This document shows, piece after piece, positions 42,616-53,998 of a stretch of 64,000 nt of DNA. Under the pieces are notes generated by a model, which was not told the DNA's origin, searched no databases, and saw only the letters and a list, made by a program, of their open reading frames with translations. The stretch covers positions 1-64,000 of the forward strand of contig JAVRCV020000006.1 of assembly GCA_034530615.2 (NCBI GenBank). The letters run 5' to 3'. Position 1 is the stretch's first letter; the number at the start of each line of letters is the position of its first letter. Origin of the DNA: Aulosira sp. ZfuVER01 (GTDB lineage: Bacteria > Cyanobacteriota > Cyanobacteriia > Cyanobacteriales > Nostocaceae). The position numbers and the translations under genes were made by a program.

Positions 42616-43869
42616 GTGGTTACTCTGACTCTGCTTGAACCGCAACAAAAAACGCCACTCAAGCAATGGTATTTTGAGAACTCCTCCGCGATTAAAATTG
42701 GACGCGCGGCGGATAATCATGTTGTATTAAATGATAGTTTGGTTTCCCGCTATCATTTAGAACTTAAACCAGTCAATTCTGCCAAAAATGGCAGTTCATG
42801 GCAGGTAATTAGTCATGGTACGAATGGCACTTTCCTCAACGGTGTCCTTGTAACTCAGAGCCAACTACCAGATAATTCCCTGCTGCAACTAGCACAGGGA
42901 GGCCCAATAATAAAATTTCAACTTCAGGAGGTAACAACACCAGAATCTTTGCTGAGGCAAAAAGAAATTCCCGGCTCAACGGAAAAAACCTTTGCGCCTT
43001 CATCTTCTACCTGTACTCATGAAGGGAACTCCCCCAAAAATCTCTTTTGCATCCATTGCGGTCAACCTTTATCAGTGCAAAAGACGATTCGCCAGTATCA
43101 GGTATTACGGACTTTGGGACAAGGAGGCATGGGTACTACGTATCTTGCTTGGGATGCAGCAGGTGCGATCGCCGGACACCCACAACTGTTAGTGTTAAAA
43201 CAGATGAATGCCGATATGGTGAAAATTGCCAAGGCCCAAGAGTTATTTGAACGAGAGGCTTACACTCTCAAATCTCTTAACCATCTTGGAATTCCCAAAT
43301 ATTATGACTTTTTTGTTGAAGGCGGCAAAAAATATTTGGCAATGGAATTAGTCCACGGACAAGATTTAGAAAAACGGATTTATACCACAGGGCCAGTTAT
43401 CCCAAGTCAAGCGATCGCCTGGATGATCCAAACCTGCGATATTTTAGATTATCTCCATAGCCAGCAACCACCACTGATTCACCGGGATATTAAACCCGCT
43501 AACCTGATGGTGCGAAATTCTAACAATCGAATAGTAGTACTAGATTTTGGTGCAGTTAAGGAAATTGGTACAGCACCGGGTACTAGGATTGGCGCTGAGG
43601 GTTACTGCGCTCCCGAACAAGAACGAGGACAACCCCTCACCCAATCGGATTTATATGCCATTGGCCCCACTTTAATTTTTTTACTGACAGGTGAAAACCC
43701 TTTCAAGTTTTACCACCAGCGAGGGCGACATTTTCGCTTTGATGTAGCTAGCGTTCCAACAATTACTCCCCAATTAAGAGCGATTATCGATCGCGTTACA
43801 GAGCCATTGCCACGCGATCGCTATCAGACTGCTCAAGAACTAGCTACGGCATTAGCTACTTGCCAATGA
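42616..43869 (+). CDS. FHA-domain Ser/Thr protein kinase
   Basis: FHA (IGR, VSRYH, NGTFLNG), zinc ribbon, GQGGMG, HRDIKPAN, DFG, APE. Confidence 0.94.
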   Translation: MVTLTLLEPQQKTPLKQWYFENSSAIKIGRAADNHVVLNDSLVSRYHLELKPVNSAKNGSSWQVISHGTNGTFLNGVLVTQSQLPDNSLLQLAQGGPIIKFQLQEVTTPESLLRQKEIPGSTEKTFAPSSSTCTHEGNSPKNLFCIHCGQPLSVQKTIRQYQVLRTLGQGGMGTTYLAWDAAGAIAGHPQLLVLKQMNADMVKIAKAQELFEREAYTLKSLNHLGIPKYYDFFVEGGKKYLAMELVHGQDLEKRIYTTGPVIPSQAIAWMIQTCDILDYLHSQQPPLIHRDIKPANLMVRNSNNRIVVLDFGAVKEIGTAPGTRIGAEGYCAPEQERGQPLTQSDLYAIGPTLIFLLTGENPFKFYHQRGRHFRFDVASVPTITPQLRAIIDRVTEPLPRDRYQTAQELATALATCQ

Positions 43870-43928
43870 AGTATAGAAGCAAGTGCAAGTATGAAGGCTG
43901 AAAAATTTCATCCCTCATACTTCACATC

Positions 43929-44147
43929 TTATTCTTCGTCCCAAGCTTCCACTGCTAACAATTCACTGATTGGATCTTGCATACTAAAGCCAAAATCCAA
44001 CAGTTCTTGTTTCCAGTGCTGCCAATCATTGCCATAGAGCAAAGCGATTTTCCAAATGCTATCACTTGGCTTGATAATATTCGATTCTACGAGTGATTGC
44101 ACGTTGAGCTGCAATTTCACCATTGGGTGAATTACTTGCTGAGTCAT
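43929..44147 (-). CDS. DUF4327-like small protein
   Basis: HPMVKLQ..V.SLV....I.PSD.IWKIALLYG.DW..WKQEL motif. Confidence 0.85.
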   Translation of the reverse strand: MTQQVIHPMVKLQLNVQSLVESNIIKPSDSIWKIALLYGNDWQHWKQELLDFGFSMQDPISELLAVEAWDEE

Positions 44148-45062
44148 AACCTCGATTCAATTCAGATTTTGTTTAGTAAATGCTTAATCAAAACTGCTTT
44201 CCGTTTTGCAAATGTTACCGATGCGTAGAGCGTTGTACTTTTGGCAAAGCTAGTCTTAACTTTTTAACTATACCATAACTAACTCTACTAAGTTTCTGAG
44301 TAATTCGGTTTTGTACGGTAATTACCACCACAAAACACTAATTACATCGAACACTCATCATAGACACCAAAAGTAAAAATTAGCCGTCTCTATAGATGCA
44401 TCAACAGCAAGGGCAAATACGACTAGTAAAACTGTATTTGTTTTCGTCAACGGAATATGTGCAGATTGCGAAAACCCATATAATTAGGGCTGTTGGGAAG
44501 TTTGGTGAGTTAACGGTTCAATTATTTACCGTATTTGAATCTTATATAGAATATCGCAAACATCTGAAACTAAACAATCTTCTTGCAAATCTTTATATAA
44601 ATTTTATATTGGCATGAACGAGGTATCATTTATGGCATTTAATTTATGTCTTAATCAGAGACAAAATATAGTGCTGTAGGTAGATGAAGATACAGAAAAT
44701 ATAACCTTATTACTTATCTAAAAATTACTTTATTCGTAAATTAATTTTCTTTAGGGTTTTTGATGCGATCGGGTAAGGTCATAACGGATACAAACTACTA
44801 AAGTAGCTTGGTCAGCTTGGCAAGGCACCGCCTTTATGCTTGCCCCTATGTATCAAAACCGATATTACCGCAGGCGATCGCCGCTGAAAATTGTGGGTGT
44901 TGTACTTGCATCCCATAACATCTCATCTAGCCTTCAGATTCAGCTTTTGAATTTTGTGTAAAATATTTCTCCAGAAGATGATAGTTTCTGTGAAGTAGTG
45001 GGTATCCTCATAACGGGAGGATAGCTATTAGCTAAGTATTTACCACAGCATCTACATAAAGT

Positions 45063-45467
45063 ATGGGTTCAAGTGAAGAATATTTCATTGTCCGCCGCAA
45101 GCAGATTGCGCGGCGACAAAAGATTTTAACAATAGTGTCAATCGTATCATTTTTAGGTTCCATCGCCTTTTCAGCGATTCCGGCGATACAACAGGCTATT
45201 AATGCACCTAAGGCAGTAGTTGCATCTCCAGAGAATTCATTAGAAAAACAGGCAAAAGGTTTTGAAACTGTTTTAGAACGCGAACCAAATAATTTGGTGG
45301 CGTTGGAAGGGTTGGTAAATGTGCGACTAAATTTGAAAGATATTCAGGGTGCAATTCAACCTTTAGAAAAGTTAGTGAAGTTACGCCCTGAACGAAAAGA
45401 GTACAAAGTTCTTTTAGAGAGTTTGAAAAAAGAACAAGGTAAGAGCGATTCCCCGACAAATAACTAG
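45063..45467 (+). CDS. TM-anchored TPR protein
   Basis: N-terminal [30 protein letters not shown] pattern. Confidence 0.82.
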   Translation: MGSSEEYFIVRRKQIARRQKILTIVSIVSFLGSIAFSAIPAIQQAINAPKAVVASPENSLEKQAKGFETVLEREPNNLVALEGLVNVRLNLKDIQGAIQPLEKLVKLRPERKEYKVLLESLKKEQGKSDSPTNN

Positions 45468-45522
45468 CCCAAGTCTAATTAATACTCTTTGGCAAAAATT
45501 TAATTCTGAGATTACTTAGTAA

Positions 45523-47677
<2,155 letters not shown>

Positions 47678-47681
<4 letters not shown>

Positions 47682-48427
47682 AAACTGTTGCAATTATTCA
47701 AGCTCGTATGGGGTCTACCCGTCTACCTGGAAAAGTGATGAAAGAGCTTTGTGGCAAAACTGTTTTGGCACATGTAATATTTCGGGTTCAAGCTTGTTTG
47801 TTAATTGATGAAGTGGTTGTGGCAACAACTACATCAAAAACAGATGATGTGATTGTTGTAGAAGCAGAAAAATGTAGAGTAAAGTGGTTTCGAGGAAGTG
47901 AAGAAGATGTTTTAGAGCGTTACTATTTCGCTGCTAAAAAATATAATGCTGATGTAGTGGTCAGAGTAACTTCTGACTGTCCGCTGTTTGACTCTGAAGT
48001 ACTTTCACAAATGTTGGTATACTTCAAACATCAAACATTTGAAGGCTTACAAATAGACTACCTCAGTAATTGCTTGCATCGCAGTTATCCCCGTGGTTTA
48101 GATGCAGAGGTTTTTACCTTTAATGTTTTAGAGAAAGCATTTAAAGAAGCACACAATCCATATGAAAGAGAACATGTTACACCTTATATCTACGAGCATC
48201 CCGAAATATTTGCTTTACATAACCATAGAAACGATGAAGATCTAACTAATTATCGGTGGACTTTGGATACCGAAGACGATTGGAAATTAATAGAAGCAAT
48301 CTATACAGATATATATCAGAATGAAGAAATTTTTACAACTGATGAAGTAATAGCTCTTTTAAGAGCAAAACCAGAATTGGTTAAACTCAATATTCATGTG
48401 AAGCAGAAACAACTTGGTTTTTGCTAG
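47678..48427 (+). CDS. pseF: CMP-nonulosonate synthetase (SpsF-type cytidylyltransferase)
   Basis: QARMGSTRLPGK, RVTSDCP, REHVT, RWTLDT; role inferred from operon context. Confidence 0.8.
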
Positions 48428-48468
48428 AAAAAATTACTTAACACTTTATGCCTTAAGGAGAATTTACT

Positions 48469-49683
48469 ATGACTAAATACATTCAGTACTGCACTCATTG
48501 TGTTATGCCGGAAACTAAACCGGATTTATATATTGACGAGCAAGGAGTTTGTAGCGCCTGTCGCAATCTTGAAAAGCGGCAAGAAGTTAACTGGCCAGCA
48601 CGGAAAAAGGAATTGCTTGACATCTTAAAGCGTTACCGATCTAAGAACGGCAGTAATTATGACTGTATTATTCCTGTTAGTGGTGGTAAAGATAGCCACT
48701 TTCAAGTACTCAAAATCTTGGAAATGGGGATGAATCCTTTATGCGTTACAGCTACAACCGATAAACTGTCTGATATTGGAAGACGTAATATTGAAAATCT
48801 CAAAAACCTTGGTTTAGACTACATAGAAGTGACCACCAATCCCTTAGTGCGCAGCAAGATCAATCGTCTAGCGCTAACTGAAATTGGGGATATTTCTTGG
48901 CCAGAGCATGTAACTATATTTACTATACCTGTTAGATTAGCCGTACAACTCAACATACCATTAATTATTTGGGGAGAAAACCCACAGAATGAGTATGGTG
49001 GTCCTGCTGCTGCTGGAAACAACAATTCCTTGACCCGACGGTGGTTAGAAGAGTTTGGCGGACTGTTAGGACTGAGAGTTAGTGATTTAATAGGACAACA
49101 AGGGATTGAACCGCAACATCTAATTCAATATACCTATCCCTCTGACGAAGATTTACAAAGGGTTGGGGTAACAGGACTTTTCTTGGGTTACTATCTGCCT
49201 TGGGATGGTTATCAAAACGCCCTTTATGCGCAAGCTCACGGCTTTGAAACTTACCATAAGAGTATTGAAGGTTCCTTAGTGAACTACGAAAACTTAGACA
49301 ACTATCAGACGGGAATACACGACTACTTTAAGTTCCTCAAGTATGCTTTTGGGCGAGCTACAGACCTTGCTTGTTTGCACATCCGGCGTGGACGATTGGG
49401 AAGAGAAGAAGCTATCAAACTAGTGAAGATGCACGATGGCAAATTTCCTTGGGTTTATTTAGGTTACCCTTTAGAAGAGATTCTTAAAGAGATTGACATG
49501 ACCGTGGAAGAGTTTATTCAGGTCTGCGATCGCTTCACCAACAAAAAGCTATTTCTCTGTGATAACAGAGGCAACTTGGTAAAAGACAAACAGGGAAATC
49601 TTAGCAAAATTAACTACGACAATATCCTTCCTACTCAGGAATTAGACTGGCAGCTAACTGTAAATCACACCACAATCTCATAG
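48469..49683 (+). CDS. pseA: N-acetyl sugar amidotransferase (PseA/WbuX-like)
   Basis: CxxC-MP..CSAC N-terminus, PP-loop SGGKDS, WGEN, HDYFKFLK.FGRA. Confidence 0.85.
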   Translation: MTKYIQYCTHCVMPETKPDLYIDEQGVCSACRNLEKRQEVNWPARKKELLDILKRYRSKNGSNYDCIIPVSGGKDSHFQVLKILEMGMNPLCVTATTDKLSDIGRRNIENLKNLGLDYIEVTTNPLVRSKINRLALTEIGDISWPEHVTIFTIPVRLAVQLNIPLIIWGENPQNEYGGPAAAGNNNSLTRRWLEEFGGLLGLRVSDLIGQQGIEPQHLIQYTYPSDEDLQRVGVTGLFLGYYLPWDGYQNALYAQAHGFETYHKSIEGSLVNYENLDNYQTGIHDYFKFLKYAFGRATDLACLHIRRGRLGREEAIKLVKMHDGKFPWVYLGYPLEEILKEIDMTVEEFIQVCDRFTNKKLFLCDNRGNLVKDKQGNLSKINYDNILPTQELDWQLTVNHTTIS

Positions 49684-49690
49684 GATACGA

Positions 49691-50308
49691 ATGAAGAAAG
49701 TCGCGATTGTTGACTATGGTATGGGAAATGTGGATTCTGTCGCGCGTGCAGTTCAGCACTGCGGTGGTGAACCAATTATTACTTCCAAAACTGCTGATTT
49801 TGAAGTCGCAAATTACATCATTCTACCTGGAGTGGGCGCTTTTCAAACTGGTATGGAAAATATCTGTAGTCAGGGTTTAGAGGTAGTGTTACGAGAACAA
49901 GTCTTGGAACAAGGTGTTCCTTTTTTAGGGATTTGTTTGGGTATGCAACTGCTAGCTACTAAAGGTTGGGAAGGAGGAGAAACAGAAGGGCTGGGTTGGA
50001 TTGAAGGAGAAATAAAGCGACTTTTACCTGATAGCTCTGATATCCGTATTCCGCATGTGGGGTGGAATGAGGTTATCTTCAATCAACCTTCATCTGTATT
50101 TCAAAACATTCCCTCTGGCAAAGATTTCTACTTTGTTCACAGTTATCACTTCTCATGCCATCATCCTCAAGACGAAATTGCTCATACACCCTATTGTGGG
50201 GGCTTCGTCTCCGTAGTTGGTAGAAATAACATTTTGGGTGTCCAGTTTCATCCAGAAAAAAGCCAACGGCTGGGATTACAAGTTATGAAAAATTTTCTCT
50301 CTCTTTAG
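49691..50308 (+). CDS. Glutamine amidotransferase subunit, HisH paralogue
   Basis: PGVG, GICLGMQ, PHVGWN, YFVHSY, QFHPEKS. Confidence 0.92.
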   Translation: MKKVAIVDYGMGNVDSVARAVQHCGGEPIITSKTADFEVANYIILPGVGAFQTGMENICSQGLEVVLREQVLEQGVPFLGICLGMQLLATKGWEGGETEGLGWIEGEIKRLLPDSSDIRIPHVGWNEVIFNQPSSVFQNIPSGKDFYFVHSYHFSCHHPQDEIAHTPYCGGFVSVVGRNNILGVQFHPEKSQRLGLQVMKNFLSL

Positions 50309-50316
50309 TAGGCGCT

Positions 50317-51075
50317 ATGTTGAAAGTCCGTGTCATGCCAACTTTGTTATTTAAAAACTTCGGCTTAGTTAAAGGTGTCCAATTTAACAGTTGGCGGCGG
50401 GTTGGTAGCGCCATGCAAGCCGTTAAAGTCTACAATATGCGCGAAGTCGATGAGTTAATTTTCTTGGATATTAGTGCTAGTAGTGAGGGGCGTTCCCCTG
50501 ACTTTGAAACCGTCGATGAGCTTGCAGATGAGTGCTATATGCCTTTAACTGTAGGCGGCGGCGTACAAACAGTTGCAGATGTAAAGCGATTGTTGCAGGT
50601 TGGTGCTGATAAAGTAGCTATCAACACTGCTGCTGTATTTACACCAGAACTAGTTAAATCAGCAGCCCAGCTATTTGGCTCTCAATGTATAGTGGTTTCA
50701 ATTGATACCAAAAAGCTCCACAGTGGAAACTATGAAGTATTTACTCATAGTGGAACGCAGCCTACGGGGAAAGACCCTGTAACATTTGCTCAGGAAGTTG
50801 AGCAATTAGGTGCAGGTGAAATATTACTAACATCTATTGACGCTGATGGCACAATGACAGGTTACGATATCGAACTCATCAGAAGAGTCAGCCTAAAGGT
50901 TTCGATTCCTGTAATTGCATCTGGGGGGGCTGGAAATTACGAACATATGGCTTCGGCATTAATTGAAGGAGGAGCATCTGCGATCGCAGCAGCTAGTATA
51001 TTTCACTTTACTGAGCAAACTCCTTTGCAGGCCAAGCGTTTTCTCAAAGAACGCGGTATAAATGTACGGCAATAA
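50317..51075 (+). CDS. HisF paralogue (WbuZ-like)
   Basis: VKGVQF, DELIFLDI, GADKVAINT, SIDADGTMTG; lacks the canonical PCLD motif (has PTLL). Confidence 0.9.
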   Translation: MLKVRVMPTLLFKNFGLVKGVQFNSWRRVGSAMQAVKVYNMREVDELIFLDISASSEGRSPDFETVDELADECYMPLTVGGGVQTVADVKRLLQVGADKVAINTAAVFTPELVKSAAQLFGSQCIVVSIDTKKLHSGNYEVFTHSGTQPTGKDPVTFAQEVEQLGAGEILLTSIDADGTMTGYDIELIRRVSLKVSIPVIASGGAGNYEHMASALIEGGASAIAAASIFHFTEQTPLQAKRFLKERGINVRQ

Positions 51076-51186
51076 CTCAGAAGTGACTTATTAATTTCAA
51101 AATTTAATTTCTAGCTTGATTTCGAGTAGTCAAGGAATTTCAGTTACTGAGACCGACTCTAAAAGAGGAGAGGATAAATCACTCCA

Positions 51187-52677
51187 GTGAAAGTAATCAT
51201 TCGTACAGATGCTTCTAGTGAAATTGGGACAGGTCACTTAATGCGCTGTCTTGCTTTGGCTCATGTATGGCAAGGAATAGTAGGAGAAGCTATTTTTGTT
51301 ATGGCTACTGACGCTGCGACTTTAGAGGCACGGTTAAAATCAGAAAATCTGAAAATATTTCATCTACCAATGTATTTGCATAGCTCTGAGGATGCAAGAG
51401 AAACCGCTCGTCTTGCACAGCAGCTTGATGCTATGTGGGTTGTAGTTGATAGCTACTACTTTGGCTCTGAATACCAACAAATAATTAAAAATTCTGGGCT
51501 AAATCTTTTATTTATTGATGATTATGGACACGCAGATCGCTACTATGCAGATCTAGTTTTGAATCAGAACATCTCTGCCAATAAAAAATTGTACTCAAAA
51601 CGCGAGCTTTACACTCAGATATTACTCGGAACTGATTATGTATTGTTGCGACGGGAGTTTTTGCAATGGCAAGGATGGCAACGCTCTCACCCACATGTAG
51701 CCAGCAAATTACTGATCACAATGGGAGGTGCCGATCCTGATAATGTCACCCTGAAGATTATTAAAGCCTTAAATATGCTGGAGAGCGATGGAATGGAAGC
51801 AGTAGTTATAGTAGGAGGAAGTAATCCTCACTATGAACAATTGCTATTAGCATCAAAGAATTCGCTATTTCCTATTCGTCTAGAAAAGAATGTGACAAAT
51901 ATGCCTGAGTTGATGGCTTGGGCTGATGTGGCAATAACAGCAGGTGGTAGTACCTGTTGGGAACTAGCTTTTATGGGCTTGCCTAGCCTAATAGTGACTC
52001 TGGCTGAAAATCAAAGAGCGATCGCACAAAAATTAGATGAGATGGGGATATCTATCTATCTAGGTTGGCATGATGATGTTTCTCCTGCTGAAATAGGGTC
52101 GGCAGTTACTGATTTACTAATAGCTAAACATACACAAGTCGAAATGACTAAACGCGGACAAAAGTTAATAGATGGCGAAGGAAGTAAGCGGGTATTGAGT
52201 TATCTAGAAGCGAAGTTATTAAAATTACGCTGTGCTTGCCAAGAAGATGGTCGGTTGTTGTGGGAATGGGCAAATGACCCAGACGTAAGGGCTGTTTCCT
52301 TTTCTATAGAACCTATACCTTGGGAAGAGCATTTTCAATGGTTCCAATCACGACTGCACTCTCCGAATTGTATTTTCTACATTGGTGTTAATAGAAATAA
52401 TATACCTATTGGTCAAATTCGCTATGACATAGAAGGATATGAAGCCATTATTTCTATAAGTATCGATAGAAAGTTTCGTTATCAAGGTTATGGCTGTAAC
52501 CTGATTAATTTAGGATGCAAAAAAATATTTTCTGATTCTAACGTTAATATAATTCATGCCTATATAAAATCTCATAATCAAGTATCAATTAAAACTTTTT
52601 ACAAAGCAGGTTTTAAAAATATGGGAAAAACTAAATTAGGAAAACATGAGGCAGTTCATTTAGTCAGAAACAAATAA
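51187..52677 (+). CDS. pseG: UDP-sugar hydrolase fused to a GNAT N-acetyltransferase (PseG-PseH fusion)
   Basis: IGTGHLMRC, IDD, GGAD, AGGST.WE, AENQ; C-terminal W.NDP.VR / N..S...F.KAGF GNAT. Confidence 0.9.
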   Translation: MKVIIRTDASSEIGTGHLMRCLALAHVWQGIVGEAIFVMATDAATLEARLKSENLKIFHLPMYLHSSEDARETARLAQQLDAMWVVVDSYYFGSEYQQIIKNSGLNLLFIDDYGHADRYYADLVLNQNISANKKLYSKRELYTQILLGTDYVLLRREFLQWQGWQRSHPHVASKLLITMGGADPDNVTLKIIKALNMLESDGMEAVVIVGGSNPHYEQLLLASKNSLFPIRLEKNVTNMPELMAWADVAITAGGSTCWELAFMGLPSLIVTLAENQRAIAQKLDEMGISIYLGWHDDVSPAEIGSAVTDLLIAKHTQVEMTKRGQKLIDGEGSKRVLSYLEAKLLKLRCACQEDGRLLWEWANDPDVRAVSFSIEPIPWEEHFQWFQSRLHSPNCIFYIGVNRNNIPIGQIRYDIEGYEAIISISIDRKFRYQGYGCNLINLGCKKIFSDSNVNIIHAYIKSHNQVSIKTFYKAGFKNMGKTKLGKHEAVHLVRNK

Positions 52678-52697
52678 AACCCCTGTGAAAAAATTAA

Positions 52698-53753
52698 ATG
52701 ATAGAAATTAAGATTGCAGGTAAAAAAATAGGTGCTAACCATCTACCGTTTGTGGTTGCTGAAATGTCTGGCAATCACAACCAATCATTAGAAGTAGCTC
52801 TAGAAATAGTTGATGCAGTAGCCAAGGCTGGGGCACACGCTCTCAAACTCCAGACCTATACAGCAGATACTATGACCTTGGATATCCATGAGGGTGATTT
52901 TTATATTGATACGCCCAATAGTCTTTGGCATGGTAAATCGTTGTATCAGCTTTACCAACAGGCTTATACTCCTTGGGAATGGCATAAACCGATTTTTGAC
53001 CGTTGCAAGGAACGAGGAATCATCTGCTTTAGTACTCCTTTTGATGCTACGGCTGTAGATTTTCTGGAATCCTTAGAGGTACCTTGCTATAAAATTGCCT
53101 CTTTTGAAAATACTGATTTACCTCTAATCCGTAAAATTGCTAGCACTGGTAAACCGATGATTATCTCTACTGGTATGGCGACAGTTTCGGAGTTAGACGA
53201 AACAGTGCAGACAGCGCGCGAATCGGGTTGCCAGGATTTGATACTACTCAAATGCACAAGTACTTATCCAGCGACGCCAAAGGATAGCAACTTGTTGACT
53301 ATTCCTCATCTGCGTAATTTGTTCAATGTACAGGTAGGGTTATCAGATCACTCAATGGGGATTGGTGTTGCTGTTGCGAGTGTTGCTTTAGGGGCGACAT
53401 TTATTGAGAAACACTTTACTCTCCGTCGGGCTGATGGTGGTGTTGATTCCACTTTTTCAATGGAACCAGAAGAAATGCAGCAACTGGTTCTGGAAACTGA
53501 AAGAGCTTGGCAAGCACTGGGTAATATAAATTACGGCACGACAGAAGCGGAGAAAGCATCATTAAACTTTCGGCGATCGCTCTATATTTCACAAGATATA
53601 AAAGCCGGGGATGTTTTGACACCGGAAAATTTGAGAGCGATACGTCCAGGATTTGGCTTACCACCTAAATATTATCAAATTTTATTAGGCAAAAAGGTTA
53701 CCAAAAACTTGAAAAGAGGCACTCCTTTAGACTGGAAACTTCTCCTAGAGTAA
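52698..53753 (+). CDS. pseI: Pseudaminic acid synthase
   Basis: AEMSGNHN, KLQTYTADT, TPWEWH, KIASFE, GLSDH, EKHFT, C-terminal SAF domain. Confidence 0.93.
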   Translation: MIEIKIAGKKIGANHLPFVVAEMSGNHNQSLEVALEIVDAVAKAGAHALKLQTYTADTMTLDIHEGDFYIDTPNSLWHGKSLYQLYQQAYTPWEWHKPIFDRCKERGIICFSTPFDATAVDFLESLEVPCYKIASFENTDLPLIRKIASTGKPMIISTGMATVSELDETVQTARESGCQDLILLKCTSTYPATPKDSNLLTIPHLRNLFNVQVGLSDHSMGIGVAVASVALGATFIEKHFTLRRADGGVDSTFSMEPEEMQQLVLETERAWQALGNINYGTTEAEKASLNFRRSLYISQDIKAGDVLTPENLRAIRPGFGLPPKYYQILLGKKVTKNLKRGTPLDWKLLLE

Positions 53754-53998
53754 TTGAGTAAAGATTACTTTTAGTTTTATTTAAAAAATATACGTAAATT
53801 ATAGAGGTGACATTATGGCAATATGCAATTGAAAGTTTTCCTTACACATACCAGAGATTTTTACTGTCTCAGTAAATCAGACCCAGAACTTAACACAAGG
53901 AATAAGCTATTTACTAAATAGAATTCCTTTACTTAGCTAGCTAATAGAGCCAATATTTATTGTCCGTTATTGAAAATTGTAAACAAAGGATTAGAGCA

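Noticed and set aside
44396..44617. 73-aa ORF in the DUF4327 upstream region
   Set aside because: No motif, lies in an AT-rich regulatory gap; likely spurious
44771..44777. GGGTAAG upstream of the TPR/pse operon as a shared SigF promoter
   Set aside because: The heptamer also occurs several times inside genes in this window and lies about 290 bp from the next start
49691..51075. Histidine biosynthesis hisH/hisF
   Set aside because: Embedded in a sugar operon behind an amidotransferase, and the HisF catalytic motif is altered
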